Shown here one piece after another: positions 47,466-63,575 of a stretch of 64,000 nt of DNA. The notes beneath the pieces are model-generated. The model had not been told where the DNA came from. It did not search any database and saw only the letters and a program-made list of their open reading frames with translations. The DNA is taken from assembly GCA_964016885.1 (NCBI GenBank), contig OZ024743.1:65596001-65660000 (forward strand), given 5' to 3'. Position 1 is the stretch's first letter; every line of letters begins with the position of its first letter. Both the position numbers and the translations under genes were made by a program. This DNA comes from Eledone cirrhosa (lineage: Eukaryota).

Positions 47466-48745
47466 TCTTTTACTCTTTTACCTGTTCCAGCCATCCGGCT
47501 GAGCCCATGCTGGGGCACCGCCCTTGTTGCTACACATTTTATCTCCAGCCTGTATTGGTTGGCCATTGGTGCAAGAGGGAATTCATTGCTGCTGCCCTTA
47601 AGTTTCCCTCGTGCCTTGGTGTGGGCTCATCTGGGATCCTGGATAGGAAGGTGTCGAGATGTTTCTTGAAGACATCTACATCCACACCATGCAGATCTCT
47701 CAGATCCCTCGGCAGCTTATTGAAGAGTTGAGGGCCCTTGAACCCCAGTCTATTGCAATATCTGCTCCTTATTCTAGATGTGGAAGACGGGACCTTTAGT
47801 ACCACACAGTGACGTCCTGTTCGACGGTTGGTCCAGCTCCCAATGCCAAAGTTTGGTGCTAGTCTCTCCAGGGTTTTCCATATGTAGATCACTGCGTATC
47901 TCTCCCGTCTTCGTTCCAAGGAGTAGAGGTTTAGTTCTTTTAGCCTCTCCCAGTAGCTTATCTCCTTCTTCGTCGCAATCCTCTTGGTGTAGCTTCGCTA
48001 GATTGCCTCAAGCTCCATGGTTAGTTTGACACTATGGGTGACCACAACTGGGAGCAATAGTCCAGGCGGCTTAGAACAAATGTCCTCCATAGTGTCAACA
48101 TGGTGTATCGGTCTCTTGTCCGGAAAGTCCTCAAGATCCAGCCAGCGAGTCGTCTGCACATTGTCGCCACTTTCATGATGTGTGAGAAAAAAGATGCATC
48201 ATCGTTCATGTCTATAGCCAGGTCTGGTATCGATTTTGACACGGGGATATCGGTCCCTCCTGGTCCTGCGTAACTGTGTTGTACTGTATTTGTGTTTGCA
48301 GGTTTGTATTGTAGGGCTTGGAATTTGCCAGCATTAAACTGCATGTTGTTGTCTTCCGCCAATTTGTATATGACATCCAGATCTTGTTATAAAAGGGCAG
48401 CGTCAGCCGGGTGTTTGATTGCCTGTGCTACCCTAGTGTCATCAGCATAGCTAGTGAGGGATGTTGTTGTATGTACTACAGAGGGCATGTCTGAGAGAGC
48501 CACCAAAAACAGTAGTGGTCCTAGGACTGTGCCTTGGGGCACCCCACTTGTTATTGATGTTTCCTTTGAGAGGGCCCCGTTTTCTGCGACTGTTTGGCTT
48601 CTGTCCTTTAAGAAGACGTGCAGCCATTCACCTACTTTTTCAGTTATGTCGAGTCCGTGTAGTTTGTGACATATCATTCCGTGGTCGACCTTGTCAAAGG
48701 CCTTCGCAAAGTCAAGATATATCACGTCCACATGTGAGCTGTCTG
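47466..48745 (-). pseudogene. 5'-truncated CR1/L2-group LINE (reverse transcriptase and 3' end), frameshifted
   Basis: VDVIYLDFAKAFDKVDH, SGVPQGTVLGPLLF, YADDT, SRLDYCSQLWSP, ERRRERY..IYIWK, spread over three ORF pieces. Confidence 0.9.
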
Positions 48746-48786
48746 GTGAGCTCTGTGAGCTCTGATGTTCTACCACTATACACTAC

Positions 48787-48821
<35 letters not shown>

Positions 48822-48880
48822 CATATAGATATATACATACATATCTATATCCATATTAATATGCATATATACATGTATAT

Positions 48881-50099
48881 ATTACAGGGAAAAATGCGGG
48901 CGCATGTAAAGAAATATTCTTAAATTAATAAACCTAGAAAAGTAAAGGACAAGTTATTACACCTGGAAAAGTAAAGGACAAGAAAACTTCTTCTTAAAAC
49001 TTCTTAAAATATTGCAGCTATAGTATAAATTTGAATAATAAAAAATATTTGATTTAAATATACAGAGAAAGTGATAAATTCTAATAATACAGTTGACTCT
49101 CTAATTGATAATAATACTAATTTATGATCATTTATTTAATTTTGTGATCCTAATTTACACCATAGTGGTTGGGTCATTAAATAAATATACTTTATTTTAC
49201 TTTACTAAATGGGACTGAAAAAATGAGTGACAATTATAAACATCAAATAAAACAAAATTTTGGCGTGTAAATGACACTAACAATTAATTAATAATTAATT
49301 AGGGAACCAACTGTAATGATAAATAATAACAAATTATAATTGTTTAATAATGAAATTTAAGACCTGTCAGAGATCAAAATAACCAATCTACATTTTTAGG
49401 TTGAGTAAAATTAGACTACAATTAAAAATTAAACATTGTCTAATTCAACAGTTCATCTAATGAATTGATGAATTCACTATAATTGATTGATTCACTATAA
49501 ATGAATAATTGATGAATTGACTTTTACCTAATTTTGCCCCTTGAGATGTTGAATTTTACTATATTATAAAAAAAATCTGTAATACTCATAAAAAGTGCAA
49601 TTATATGATGCACTGTTTTTGATTTATTTTACTGCATTATTTTATAACTAAATTTTTAAAAATATAATTTGATTAAGAGTGAACATTTTTAAATATCTTA
49701 TAACATAAATTAATAAATTGTACATATTAATTATTATTATTAATTAATTATTGTACAAATTATTGTACAAATTATTGTACAAATTTTATTTTAAAAAGAT
49801 TAATTTGTATACACCAAGAAAAAAATTAAGTATACAGTAGTCAACTCTCCCTATAAGACAGTCATTTTTCCAGTCCTTTAAAGTGATATTTTTTTAACAA
49901 TTAACTTATAATTATTTATTTTTAGTTTTATAATCTAAATATTTTTTTTAAAATTTAGACTTTAGCTGCAATATTTTAAGAAGTTTTAAGAAGTTTTCTT
50001 GTCCTTTACTTTTCCAGGTGTAATAACTTGTCCTTTACTTTTCTAGGTTTATTAATTTAAGAATATTTCTTTACATGCGCCCGCATTTTTCCCTGTAAT
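48881..50099. repeat. Long-spacer inverted repeat, ~140-bp arms (48881-49020, 49963-50099) around an AT-rich interior
   Basis: Arms are near-perfect reverse complements and contain an internal AAAAGTAAAGGACAAG duplication. Confidence 0.85.
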
Positions 50100-50217
50100 C
50101 CACTTTTTTTCCAGGTAATGCAAGGATATTATATTAATATTAATAAAAATATTTATCAACAAATAAGTTAAATAATAATAATAATAATGAATAGGAAGAA
50201 GTGCAGATAGGAAAAAG

Positions 50218-50290
50218 TAATCAGGGTGGGAATCGAACCCACGACCTTCGGATTGCCGGTCCGCTGCTCTACCAACTGAGCTACCTGACC
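50218..50290 (-). tRNA. tRNA-like gene, anticodon GGC (nominally Ala), probably a pseudo-tRNA or transposon-borne
   Basis: 73-nt cloverleaf GGTCAGG-TA-GCTC-AGTTGGTA-GAGC-A-GCGGA-CCGGCAA-TCCGA-AGGTC-GTGGG-TTCGATT-CCCAC-CCTGATT-A, followed by CTTTTT. Has C33, a 27:43 mismatch and no G3:U70. Confidence 0.65.
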
Positions 50291-50626
50291 ACAATTCGCT
50301 ATTGCACAATCTATCACTATTTTATTTTAATGTATTAGAAATTAGAAACAAACTAAGCGTTACTTATGTATGTAGTTCCTTACACTCTTTTGGTCCTCAC
50401 TTATTTTTATGTAACTTTTTTACTACTGAACCAAATTTCAATATTTTTATGTCAAAAAGTAGCTTATCTGTGGTCGTATAAAGTGCAAAAAACCGCATGC
50501 AATTCTATCAAAAATTGAATTAGTGACAAAGCTTTGAAGGTGTCGCGAGTGACCGAAATGGGACCTTAAGAATATTATACACCTACTACCGTAGGTGTAT
50601 GATATATATATTTTAATATATATATA

Positions 50627-50701
<75 letters not shown>

Positions 50702-50705
<4 letters not shown>

Positions 50706-51125
50706 TTGAAATAAAATGAAAACGAATTTTCATTTCTCACTCTTAGTACGGCACTTACTTATACACACATACTTACATTTAAGTAAGTGCCGTACTAAGA
50801 GTGAGAAATGAAATTTCGTTTTCATTTTATTTCAACTTGTCGTTTTCGGTATGCCTGACCGACTTAGCTCACTCGATATGCAAATTAGGCTGCTCAGCCG
50901 TTAATTTTCATAAGGAAAGTATATATTTTCGAACGTTCAACTATCTGGCAGATGGGTATACGGTGCTGATGATAGCTAACAAGCTTGAAACTAGTACATC
51001 GTTCCTGTGTCAGCGTTGAACAAAAAGGTGACGTGGTTGCGTTAACACCGTACGGCATAAAAATTCAGGCTGTTCAGTTTGTTTACAAACGAACAAAGCG
51101 GCGTTACAATAAGCGTCCGCTAAAC
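50702..51125 (+). mobile_element. (TA)n-flanked HHR element with 5' fold-back (50702-50838)
   Basis: Palindromic arms of ~58 bp, then an octamer and an HHR. Confidence 0.7.
50961..51001 (+). ncRNA. Minimal type I hammerhead ribozyme, GUA site
   Basis: CGGTG-CTGATGA-TAGC-TAACAA-GCTT-GAA-ACTAGT-A-CATCG. Same loop II (TAACAA) and stem III (ACTAGT) as the 467-bp repeat HHR. Confidence 0.85.
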
Positions 51126-51160
51126 TGATACGTGCATATATGTATGTGTACCTGTATGTA

Positions 51161-51206
<46 letters not shown>

Positions 51207-51256
51207 TGCTACTGTATGTCTGTATACATATATGTATGTACGTATACACACATACT

Positions 51257-51304
<48 letters not shown>

Positions 51305-51323
51305 TACAAACATGAATTTTGTT

Positions 51324-51372
<49 letters not shown>

Positions 51373-51384
51373 TATATATATATA

Positions 51385-51418
<34 letters not shown>

Positions 51419-51986
51419 TTCACACATACGCACACACTCACACACATATATATATTTATAATCTATTTACGTTCATAAACGAAACAAAAGCACTACCTAA
51501 GGTTCCAAGTCTCAATATTGACCATATCTCCAGAATATGAGCAGGATCAAAATTGTGACCTAAACTGAAAGTGCTTATTAGGTCACAATCTTGTGACTGG
51601 GGCGTTGGAAAATCGGTAATTTCTCTTGGTTGTCTCGGTTGTCTTGATTGTTTAGATTAAACAACTAAACTAGAATTAATCGTTTAGTTTACATATTGAG
51701 AACCCAACCCATCCTATTTATTTTATAACGTATGGGATTTCAACTAATATACTTTTTTTGGTCGTGTATAATGGTTTTTAATGTCCAAAGAAAATTATTT
51801 TTGGCTGGAATGCTACCACTTAAAATAAAATTTCGCCGGGGATAGAATAGCAAAATTTAATAAGCGGAGGGGAGGGGGGGGGGGGGGGCATAAGGGCAGG
51901 GATGTTGACAAAATCTGAAAAATTAATAAGCAGGAGGAGGGAGAGCTGAGAATACGCACACTACATGAGGCACCTGTATATATATA

Positions 51987-52070
<84 letters not shown>

Positions 52071-52335
52071 TATATATATATACATGTATATATGCATATT
52101 AATATGGATATAGATATGTATGTATTTAGTTGATATTTTCACAAAGCTTTCTTCAAGTCTCTCTATACGAAACATTCACATAAACACTCAGAATCTACAA
52201 GTATTTTCTCCAATGTTTTAATGATTCTACCAGTCAACCATAATTATAACAAGGTTTTAATTTAAGGATATTAAAATCAAATAATTTATGCCAATAATGC
52301 AAGCCTTAAACCGTTCAACAGATTGGTAGAGGTAA

Positions 52336-52378
52336 ACATTCCTGATGAAGGTAATGACCCAGGAACATGTTGATTGTT
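52336..52378 (+). ncRNA. Degenerate hammerhead (GAAA mutated to GGAA)
   Basis: AACATTC-CTGATGA-AGGT..ACCCA-GGA-ACATGT-T-GATTGTT. Confidence 0.45.
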
Positions 52379-52486
52379 CCTCAATGCCAATATTTAACAA
52401 ACGGGTCGTTTATTTACAAACAAATCGAACATTATTATTAATCTTCGATATAACACATACCTACATATGTATACGTATATGTATAC

Positions 52487-52530
<44 letters not shown>

Positions 52531-52939
52531 AAGTGTGTATATATGTGTGTACGTATGCATACTTACACATATATATATATATATATATATGTGTATATAT
52601 AGCTATATCTATATACAATTATATATGCACGCACACACACGCACACACATATATATATATAGGTACGTATATGATTAACGTGGAAATCATACCTAATGTG
52701 TTAAATATCAACGAATATTTAGTCTCGCTGTAAAAATAGAACTAGTAAATATACAAATGTGTCTGTGTTTACGTTGTTGTTTACCTCATGTAACCTAGCG
52801 GAGTGGCAATTAGACATCGATAAAGACACACACACAAATGTGTGTATATATATATATAGAATATATATACATGCATGTATTTGGATATAAATATAGACAT
52901 TTCCGCATATATATATATATATATATATATAACATATAT

Positions 52940-52989
<50 letters not shown>

Positions 52990-52996
52990 CATATAT

Positions 52997-54582
<1,586 letters not shown>

Positions 54583-54615
54583 TATAATAACTTGTGTGTT
54601 ACACCTCTATTCTTT

Positions 54616-54682
<67 letters not shown>

Positions 54683-54689
54683 CATATAT

Positions 54690-54733
<44 letters not shown>

Positions 54734-54740
54734 CATATAT

Positions 54741-54777
<37 letters not shown>

Positions 54778-54781
54778 ATAT

Positions 54782-54824
<43 letters not shown>

Positions 54825-55954
54825 AAATTAAGATAAATCAAATGAATTTAATCTAAATCAAAATTATGGGTGTCATGCCAGAAAGACATGCGCCATATCA
54901 CCCGCAAAATAATCTCTAAGATTCTAACGAGTAGGTCCGAGCATATTATAATAACTAGGAATTGATTAAGTGCACAGGGATTAAGTGCACTAGGGATTGG
55001 CTCAGTGCACAGTCTTTCCTCTCTTTAAAAAATATCTTCACGTACAGGCATTGCATGATAGAATACATTAATATTTATTAATAATGGTATATCGTGCAAT
55101 GGCCATACTTGATGACGAGGGGAAAGCCGTCATGTATGTATGTATGTAATTATTGTTCATCAATATACTTTTTCATACACAGAGCATTATAACGAATGTT
55201 TTTCCGTGAACTACCGCATGTATATGAGGTTGGCTCGGTCTCCTTCTAAAGATATATGAAACAGTTTTACATGTTTTAAATACCCATGCAATGGTCTTGT
55301 TTTCTTTTCCGTTAGTCTACGCATTAATTTTAACTTACATTGCTCTAAATCCGGGTTATGGAGCACTCTAGGGGATTCCGGTTTCGTGATGCATTCCTGA
55401 TGTTGCTTGAGAAATATCTAGCACAGAAACGATAGCATTGAATAGAGTACATATTCTACATATAGACATATAACATGGTGGACGCACAGAGTCGAATGGT
55501 TAAGACGTTTGTTTTGTTATCATGAGGACCCTGGTTCAATGCCACTGCTTGCTATCTTTGGCAATGGTCGGTGACAATAACCACGAGTCGATTCATGTTT
55601 TTTGTAAAATGTCCAGTTCTCGTTATTTTTGATAACGAACATTATTATTTATTCAATATGCAAAATCTCCCAATGCCATGACAATCCTTATATAAGCATT
55701 ATATATAATTGTTTCTACTTTTGGCACAAGACCAGCAATTATCTCAGTGTATTACTGGTACTTTATTTTATCGACCCCGTAAGGATGAAAGCATTATATA
55801 TAATGAAAACAAAACACTGTTAAAGGGAACAGAAAAGGTAGGGGGAAATGAAAGGGAGGAAAAGAAAGAAGGATCAAGCAGTAAAAGAAATGGTGAGGAG
55901 GATGTTCCGATATTACACCCCAGTCTGAATGGTATCTCAGCCGCACCCCGTAGA

Positions 55955-56245
55955 TCAAACGGCAAAAGTGTTGCCACAGGGAATGGCCAGAGACACCCGC
56001 TGCAACAGCCACCCCACCTCATGGGCTTGCCTTCTCAAGCATGCCGCTGTCTTTCCAACTTTATTGAGGAAATCAGCAGTGTGGGGACCATGGTCGCGAG
56101 AGGTTTCGACGGAGACCGGTGAAAATAGGAAGCGGTCGGCCAGGCCCCGGTATTTGGCTATCTTCTTCTCCACATTGTGGGCAGTGGAGCTCCGGTTTGT
56201 GGCCGAAGGAACAAGGTTGGCAGCGGAGAATGAGTCGCTGCACAT
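55955..56245 (-). pseudogene. CRE-clade-like non-LTR retrotransposon C-terminal (RLE) fragment
   Basis: AHNVEKKIAKYRGL..FLFSPVSVET...G.....FL..VG...E...LLQRVSLAIPCGN matches the K..KY / P..VET.G / QR.S.AIQRGN pattern. Confidence 0.7.
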
Positions 56246-56979
56246 CGCATATGAATGAAATTGGGTAGACGAGGCGTAATCCTGTTGAATGAACTAAAGG
56301 GTACACGTGTCTGTGGAGTGCTGAAACATTTAAGCATTAATTTCACAAGCAGACTCTTCCGTTGATCGAACAACGGGAACAATCTCCATCAAAGCTAATT
56401 ACTGGTACTTTATTTTATCGACCCCGTTAGGATGAAAGGCAAAGTTAACCTTGCGGGGTTTGAACTCAGACCGTAAAGGGACGTAACTATGCTAGAAAGC
56501 ATGGCGTCCGACCCTCTACTGATACCCCAATTCACCGCCTAAGACAGTGAATAATGTTGAGATATTTGGCTTTAAAAAGAAATCGTGGTTCAGTGTTTGA
56601 CGGGACAAGAGAATAATTATATACAAATGAACTAAATGTCCTATCATTTAAAAACCTTTATTAGATTATAAAATATCCACTATAGCTGTATGCTGTACCA
56701 AAGATAAGTCAGTGTAGATTTACAAGCCAGTTCATCAACAAGCTTCTACAATTTGGATACATATACTATTAATTTTATTATAAAAAGTAGGTGATATTAA
56801 AAGGATTTAGCTAGGATTCGAACCTCCTTCAGTTAGTAAGAGAAGACGAAGAATTTACATTACCTATATAAATAAATATCAACGATAGGAGTAAGACAAC
56901 ATTCCAGGAATTAAATATAAAGCAACCTTACTTCCGGTACAGAAAAAGACAAACAAACATAACACAATCACTCACTCTG

Positions 56980-57059
<80 letters not shown>

Positions 57060-57166
57060 ATCTGATCTCTCCTCCTCTCTCTAAATATATATATATATAA
57101 GTATATATGTATGTTTAGGAGTGTATGTACATACGTATATATATATACGTATATGCATACGTATAT

Positions 57167-57198
<32 letters not shown>

Positions 57199-57310
57199 AT
57201 GATATATGTATATGTATTTATACATGTGTGTGTGTATATATATATACATATATATACATACTCTCATATATATATATATATATAAATATATATATATATA
57301 CATATATATA

Positions 57311-57359
<49 letters not shown>

Positions 57360-57361
57360 AC

Positions 57362-57454
<93 letters not shown>

Positions 57455-57954
57455 TGTAACTTAAAATGTACTAGTGTTAAGTTAGAATTAATAGCGCTAT
57501 AGCAATGTACTGATATATTCAGAACAACAGTTTGGTGTTAAGCTGAAGTAAACGAATAGTCTTCACTTAAAATGTCAAAAATGGCAGGATCTTGACATAT
57601 GATTTTTGTTGTTAATTTGGCTTATTTCTTATATTTATATACATACATATGTACGTATATATGGACGTATATATGGACGTATATATGGACGTATATATGG
57701 ATGTATATACATACATATATGTCTATACATACATACATAGATACATACACACATACTTATACACATATGTACGTACATACTCACATATATACAAACATAC
57801 ATAAATACATACATAATACATACATACATAAATACATACATAATACATACACACATAAATACATACATAATACATACACACATACACACACACACATATA
57901 TATGCATATGTACGTACATACATACATAGATTCATACAAACACGCACACACACA

Positions 57955-57989
<35 letters not shown>

Positions 57990-58118
57990 TCACACACACA
58001 CACACATATATATATATACATACATACATACCTATATAAATATAGACGCACCAAGAGACACAATAGCCAAGAACTTTGTGGGTGCACTCATATGCCCACA
58101 CACATTTCCGTGTGTGTG

Positions 58119-58181
<63 letters not shown>

Positions 58182-58241
58182 GTATGTGGCTCTGTGTTTG
58201 TGCCTCTGTGTTTATGTGCATACGTCAGCGATTTTTGTAAG

Positions 58242-58327
<86 letters not shown>

Positions 58328-58760
58328 CTTATACATGTTTGTGTGTTTATATTTATTTGTTTTCCCATTTAACACTTTCTTTTTTACTCCACACATAACC
58401 CCCCCCCAACACACACACATACTGAGACACATGCACACCGAAATACACTCTCACACACCTACACACATAAACACACACACATATACACACAGACAGAGAG
58501 ACATCAATACAGTGTCGCTCCTTTAAAAGAACAGACACAAGAGTAACATACGTATAAATCTACATAGATGTACACCCACGCACATACATGCACTTACTGA
58601 CATACACACATTTCTACCCTCAACCCATCCGTTCCATCTCTGCCCACCCCACACGAGATATTGAGAGCTTTTACACTCCCTAAACTGTTTCACATAAAAA
58701 ACCTCCAGATGCTTTCATTACGCAGCAAATGCCTCCATTTTTACATACACACACACAGTG

Positions 58761-58795
<35 letters not shown>

Positions 58796-58900
58796 TATAC
58801 ACACATATACAGAGAGGGAGAGAGAGAAAGAGCGAGAGACATTTATACACACACACAATGATACATACACACACACACACACAGGTGCATATACACACAT

Positions 58901-58958
<58 letters not shown>

Positions 58959-59024
58959 AGACACATTTATATACACATATAGTGACACACACACGCACAG
59001 ATGCATATACACACAGAGACATGC

Positions 59025-59057
<33 letters not shown>

Positions 59058-59621
59058 CACCTACTCATACACATAGGCACATGAACACTCACATAGACAG
59101 AGGCATACACACACACACATATATATATACACAGATATAAATATATATATACACATACAGACACATACACACACACACACATACACACACACACACACAC
59201 ATACACACACTTACACACACACATATATATATACATACACGCAGAGATTTTCACATAGACACATACTCCTACTATATACACATAACCGCATTCACCTACA
59301 CATAGGCACCTACTGATACATACAGACACATACACATACATATAATCATACACATGCATATATACAGACAGGCACACATACACAAACACACGCACACACA
59401 CACATATACAGAGTTACATTCAAAAATACAGACACACACAGAAACATGCCTATAAACACATTCAGGCAGTTGCTTACACACCCACACTCATATTTATACA
59501 CACAATCACATGCACTTATACATAGACACATTCACATACACACACACATACTCACATACATACAGACACATACAAATATACCAGCACAAACACATAGAAT
59601 CAACCAACGCAAACACACACG

Positions 59622-60160
59622 TGCACTTACATGTACACTTACATGTACACTTACATGTACACTTACATGTACACTTACATGTTCACTTACATGTACACTT
59701 ACATGTTATACTTACATGTACACTTACATGCCACATTTACATGTCACACTTACATGTACACTTACACGAACACTTACATGTACACTTACATGTGCACTTA
59801 CATGTACACTTACATGTATACTTACATGTACAGTTACATGGTATACTTACATGTACACTTACATGTACACTTACATGACATACTTACATGTACACTTACA
59901 TACACACATGTACACTTACATGAACACTTACGCATACACTTACATCTACACTTACATGTTATACTTACATGGACACTTACATGTTATATTTACATGTATA
60001 CTTACATACACGCATGTTATACTTACATGTACACTTACATACACACATGTTATACTTACATGTACACTTACATACACATATGTTATACTTACATGTACAC
60101 TTACATGTACACTTACATACCCATATGTTATACTTACATGTACACTTACATGTACACTTA
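59622..60160 (+). repeat. 12-bp minisatellite (ACTTACATGTAC) with variants
   Basis: Direct tandem repeat. Confidence 0.9.
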
Positions 60161-60514
60161 TAGGCAGATGAAAATGTACACGAATACATGTACACTTATG
60201 AAAAGATATACATAGAAGATATATGAAAGAAACTGTGAAATCTATTGCCATATACAATGGAAAATATATAAAAAGAAACAAAGAAAATACATTACTGTTG
60301 TTTAGAAGTAGCACTAACATAGGGTGATTACTAATTGAGGCTTATATGAGAAGTTATGGGTCCCTATATACATTATATAATGTGCCATTTCGTTTTTTAT
60401 AGACAATATTGAGTGTAAAATATTTCAAATGTCCCCCAAAATCCAGAATTTATAAATCTATTTGTGAAAATCTTTAGCATTGAAACAAGTCAATTTATTA
60501 TTATATTGTACCTA

Positions 60515-61300
60515 AGGACGGTGGATTGGTAGTATCGGTAGGGGGTCGGATGCCATGCTTTGGGGCATCGAGTTACGCCCCTTTACAGTCTGAGTTCAAA
60601 TCCCTCCGAGGTTAATTTGCCTTTCATCTTTACGGGGTCGATAAAATAACGTACCAGTAATGCACTGGGGGATTGATTCAATTGACTTCCCCTTCCCCCT
60701 TAAACAAATTGCTGGCCTTGTGCCTAAAGTAGAAACAATTATATCGTAAATGAGGACGGTGGCTTGGCAGTATCGGTAGAGCGTCAGACAACATGCTTTG
60801 TGGCATAGAGTTATGTCCTTTGTCGTTCTGAGTTTAAATCTCGCCGAGGTTAGCTTTGCCTTTCATCTTTACTAGATAGGTAAATTAAAATATCAGTAAT
60901 ACATTGGGTCGATTTAATCGACCTCCCCCCGCACCAATTTGGTGGCATTGTGTCTAAATCAAAAAACCATTATTATATCGCAAATACAATCCCGCCGAGG
61001 TTAACTTTGCCTTTCATCCTTACGGGGTCGATAAAATAAAGTACCAGTAATGTGCCAAAAAGTAGAAACAATTATTATATCGCAAATAAGGGTGGATTGG
61101 CAGAGTCGTTCGAGTGTCTGACAAATGGTTAGCAGTATTTGTTACGTTCTGAGTTCAAATCCCTTCGAGGTCGTCTTTACATTTCATCCTTCCGAACTCG
61201 ATAAAATAAAGTACCAGTAAAATACTGATGTCGATGGAATGAAGAGCCCACCCCCTTTCCCTAAAAATTGCTGGTCGTGCCGAAAATTAGAATCAATGAT
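60515..61300 (+). mobile_element. Head-to-tail cluster of four SINE copies
   Basis: Repeated GGTGGATTGGCAG..GAGTTCAAATCC..GTCGATAAAATAAAGTACCAGT units of differing divergence. Confidence 0.85.
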
Positions 61301-61374
61301 TACATCATAAACAAACGCTAGCCATATATCTATGTAATATAAATATGCATTTGATGATTTCTAATGTTCTTCTA

Positions 61375-61590
61375 CTCTCCGTCTTCGCCCAGTTATTCCC
61401 CATGGATATTATCCAACCATCCCGCTCGGGGTCTACCTCTGGGTCTCTTGCCGGTTGGTTTTGCTTGTAGAAATCTGTCTAGTGATTCTTTCCTGAGACA
61501 TTATAACTACACGCCCATAATATTTGAGCTGTGATCTCTCAATTCGGAGAAGTAGTGGCTCTACCTGGAGTGACTCTCTGATCTCAGAGC
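61375..61590 (-). pseudogene. RTE LINE 3' fragment
   Basis: Reverse-complement homolog of 11575-11818. Confidence 0.65.
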
Positions 61591-61614
61591 TTTACATTAT
61601 AAATAAATACAGTG

Positions 61615-61975
61615 TGAAGGCACGTGCTTTATTAGTTAGACTGTTTTACTCGCGATCATCAGGTCAGGTGTTTGATTCCATGACTGGGCGGTGTGTTGTG
61701 TCCTTCAGCAAGACACTTTATTTCACATTGCTCCAGTCCACTCAGCGGGACAAAATGAGTTGTATCTGTAAATTAAAGAAACTATTCTTGTCACATTGTA
61801 TCATGCTGAATCTCCCTGAGAACTACGTTAAAGATACACGTGTCTGTGGAATGCTCAGCCTCTTACACGTTAATTTCCCAAGTAGCCAGTTCAGTTGATT
61901 GAATGAATCAACTAGTACACTGGGTCGTCGGAAACGACGGAAGTCCAACAACAATAACGACGACGACAACAAAAT
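61615..61975 (+). mobile_element. Old tRNA-derived SINE with standard tail
   Basis: GAAGGC head, GTCCTTCAGCAAGACACTTTATTTCAC core, GATACACGTGTCTGTGGA segment and (AAC/GAC)n tail. Confidence 0.7.
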
Positions 61976-62521
61976 TAACACAGTAGGTTAAATACCGAGA
62001 CTAAGAACTATATTACTTGTTACGTAATTTTATTCAATTCACACTTCACTTCCTTCATTGGTGTGGTATATCCTTTCTATTTCACACAAAAGGTGTCAAC
62101 CTACAGAATTAACTTCCTACTATGTATGTATGTATGTATGTATGTATGTATGTATGTATGTATGTATGTATGTATGTATGTATGTATGCAAATATGTATG
62201 TATGTATTTATGTTTTTTTTTTATTGCGCGGGGTCATAGAAATAGTCGCGCTGGATACCCGATCGCGCGGTTAAACCACTGGTAGTGAAGGACCCCTAAC
62301 CTTTGTCAGGGCATTCTTCTAGGAGAAGGCAACTCAGGAAACTGGGATAACTTGAACATAAAACCTGTGGCTCAGTAGTTACCGATGATGTTAATCTTTT
62401 CTTCTTTTCGGGTTATGGCTACTTTCGCTCAGAGAGTGGGATTGGCTCAATGCACAGTCTTTCCTCACTTTGAAAAATCTTCATGCACAGGCATTGTACG
62501 ATAGCATTAATTAATAATTAT

Positions 62522-62712
62522 TAATAATTGTTTCTACTTTTGGCACAAGGCCAGCAATTACCCGGTGCATTACTGGTACTTTATTTTATCGACCCCGTAA
62601 GGATGAAAGGCAAAGTTAACCTCGGCGGGATTTGAACTCAGAATGGCAAGAGCCGTAACTCTATGCTAGAAAACATGGTGTTCGACCCTCTACCGATACT
62701 GCCAATCCACCG
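62522..62712 (-). mobile_element. Young SINE inserted in a (TATG)n-tailed repeat (~62220-62750)
   Basis: Full family consensus. The host repeat shares segments with 54995-55135, 33250-33290 and 33760-34035. Confidence 0.8.
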
Positions 62713-62800
62713 GTGGCCATACTCGATAACGAGGGGGCAGCCATCATGTATGTGTGTAAGTATGTATGTATTTATGTATGCATGTATTATGTAATTATAA

Positions 62801-63575
62801 TCTGTATATATATAAAATTAAGTATGTGTGTGTGTGTCTGTGTGTCTGTGTATTACCTATAGGGGCCTACATCTTACGACCGATTTTCATGTAACTTTAC
62901 AGGCTGGTAGATTAGTAATCGGGGAGTGTTTTCTGTATATCAGCGTATCGTTTTTTTTTATTCTGGAGTCATTCTGAAGATAAAAATTGATAGGGGTCAC
63001 CTTTTTTTAGGTATCGAAAAATAAGATTTTTGGCTCTAGCTCCCACATTTTGCCACCGATTTCGTTCAAATTTTAAAGCAAAATAGAATTTATCATTGCA
63101 CATCCTGTAATGGCTTTATATTTTGCATTTGTTGTTCAGTGACGGCGTGGCAGCCGCTCAAATATTCAAAATATTCAAAATTTTCGGCTCTAGCTCCCAC
63201 ATTAATCAACCTACTTTGTTCAGATTTTACACTACGCTAGATCTGATTATTTCACGTCTTAAAGTGGCTTTACATTTTGGATTTTTTGTTCAGGAACGGC
63301 GTGGCAGCCGCTTAAATGTTCGAAAATACCACCCTTTCGCTCAAATTTCTGCCTTTTCGGCTCTAGCTCCCACATTTTTCAACCGATTTCGTTCAAATTC
63401 GAAACTCCCTCCCCCAGCATGCCCCTTCGTCAGTGATAGAAGTCATAACCACCCCCCCGCATGGCCCGTGTGCGGCCATAGATGAGTCATCGAGAAGCAG
63501 TCGCTAAGATCAACACCTTTTCATCAAAGCAGATATTATTTTACCTACCCAGGCAACGCTGGGTACTGCTGCTAG
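62801..63575 (+). mobile_element. Non-autonomous Helitron
   Basis: A|TCTGTATATATAAAA start; 3' hairpin CCCAG-GCAACG-CTGGG followed by CTAG|T; internal GGCTCTAGCTCCCACAT repeats. Confidence 0.8.
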
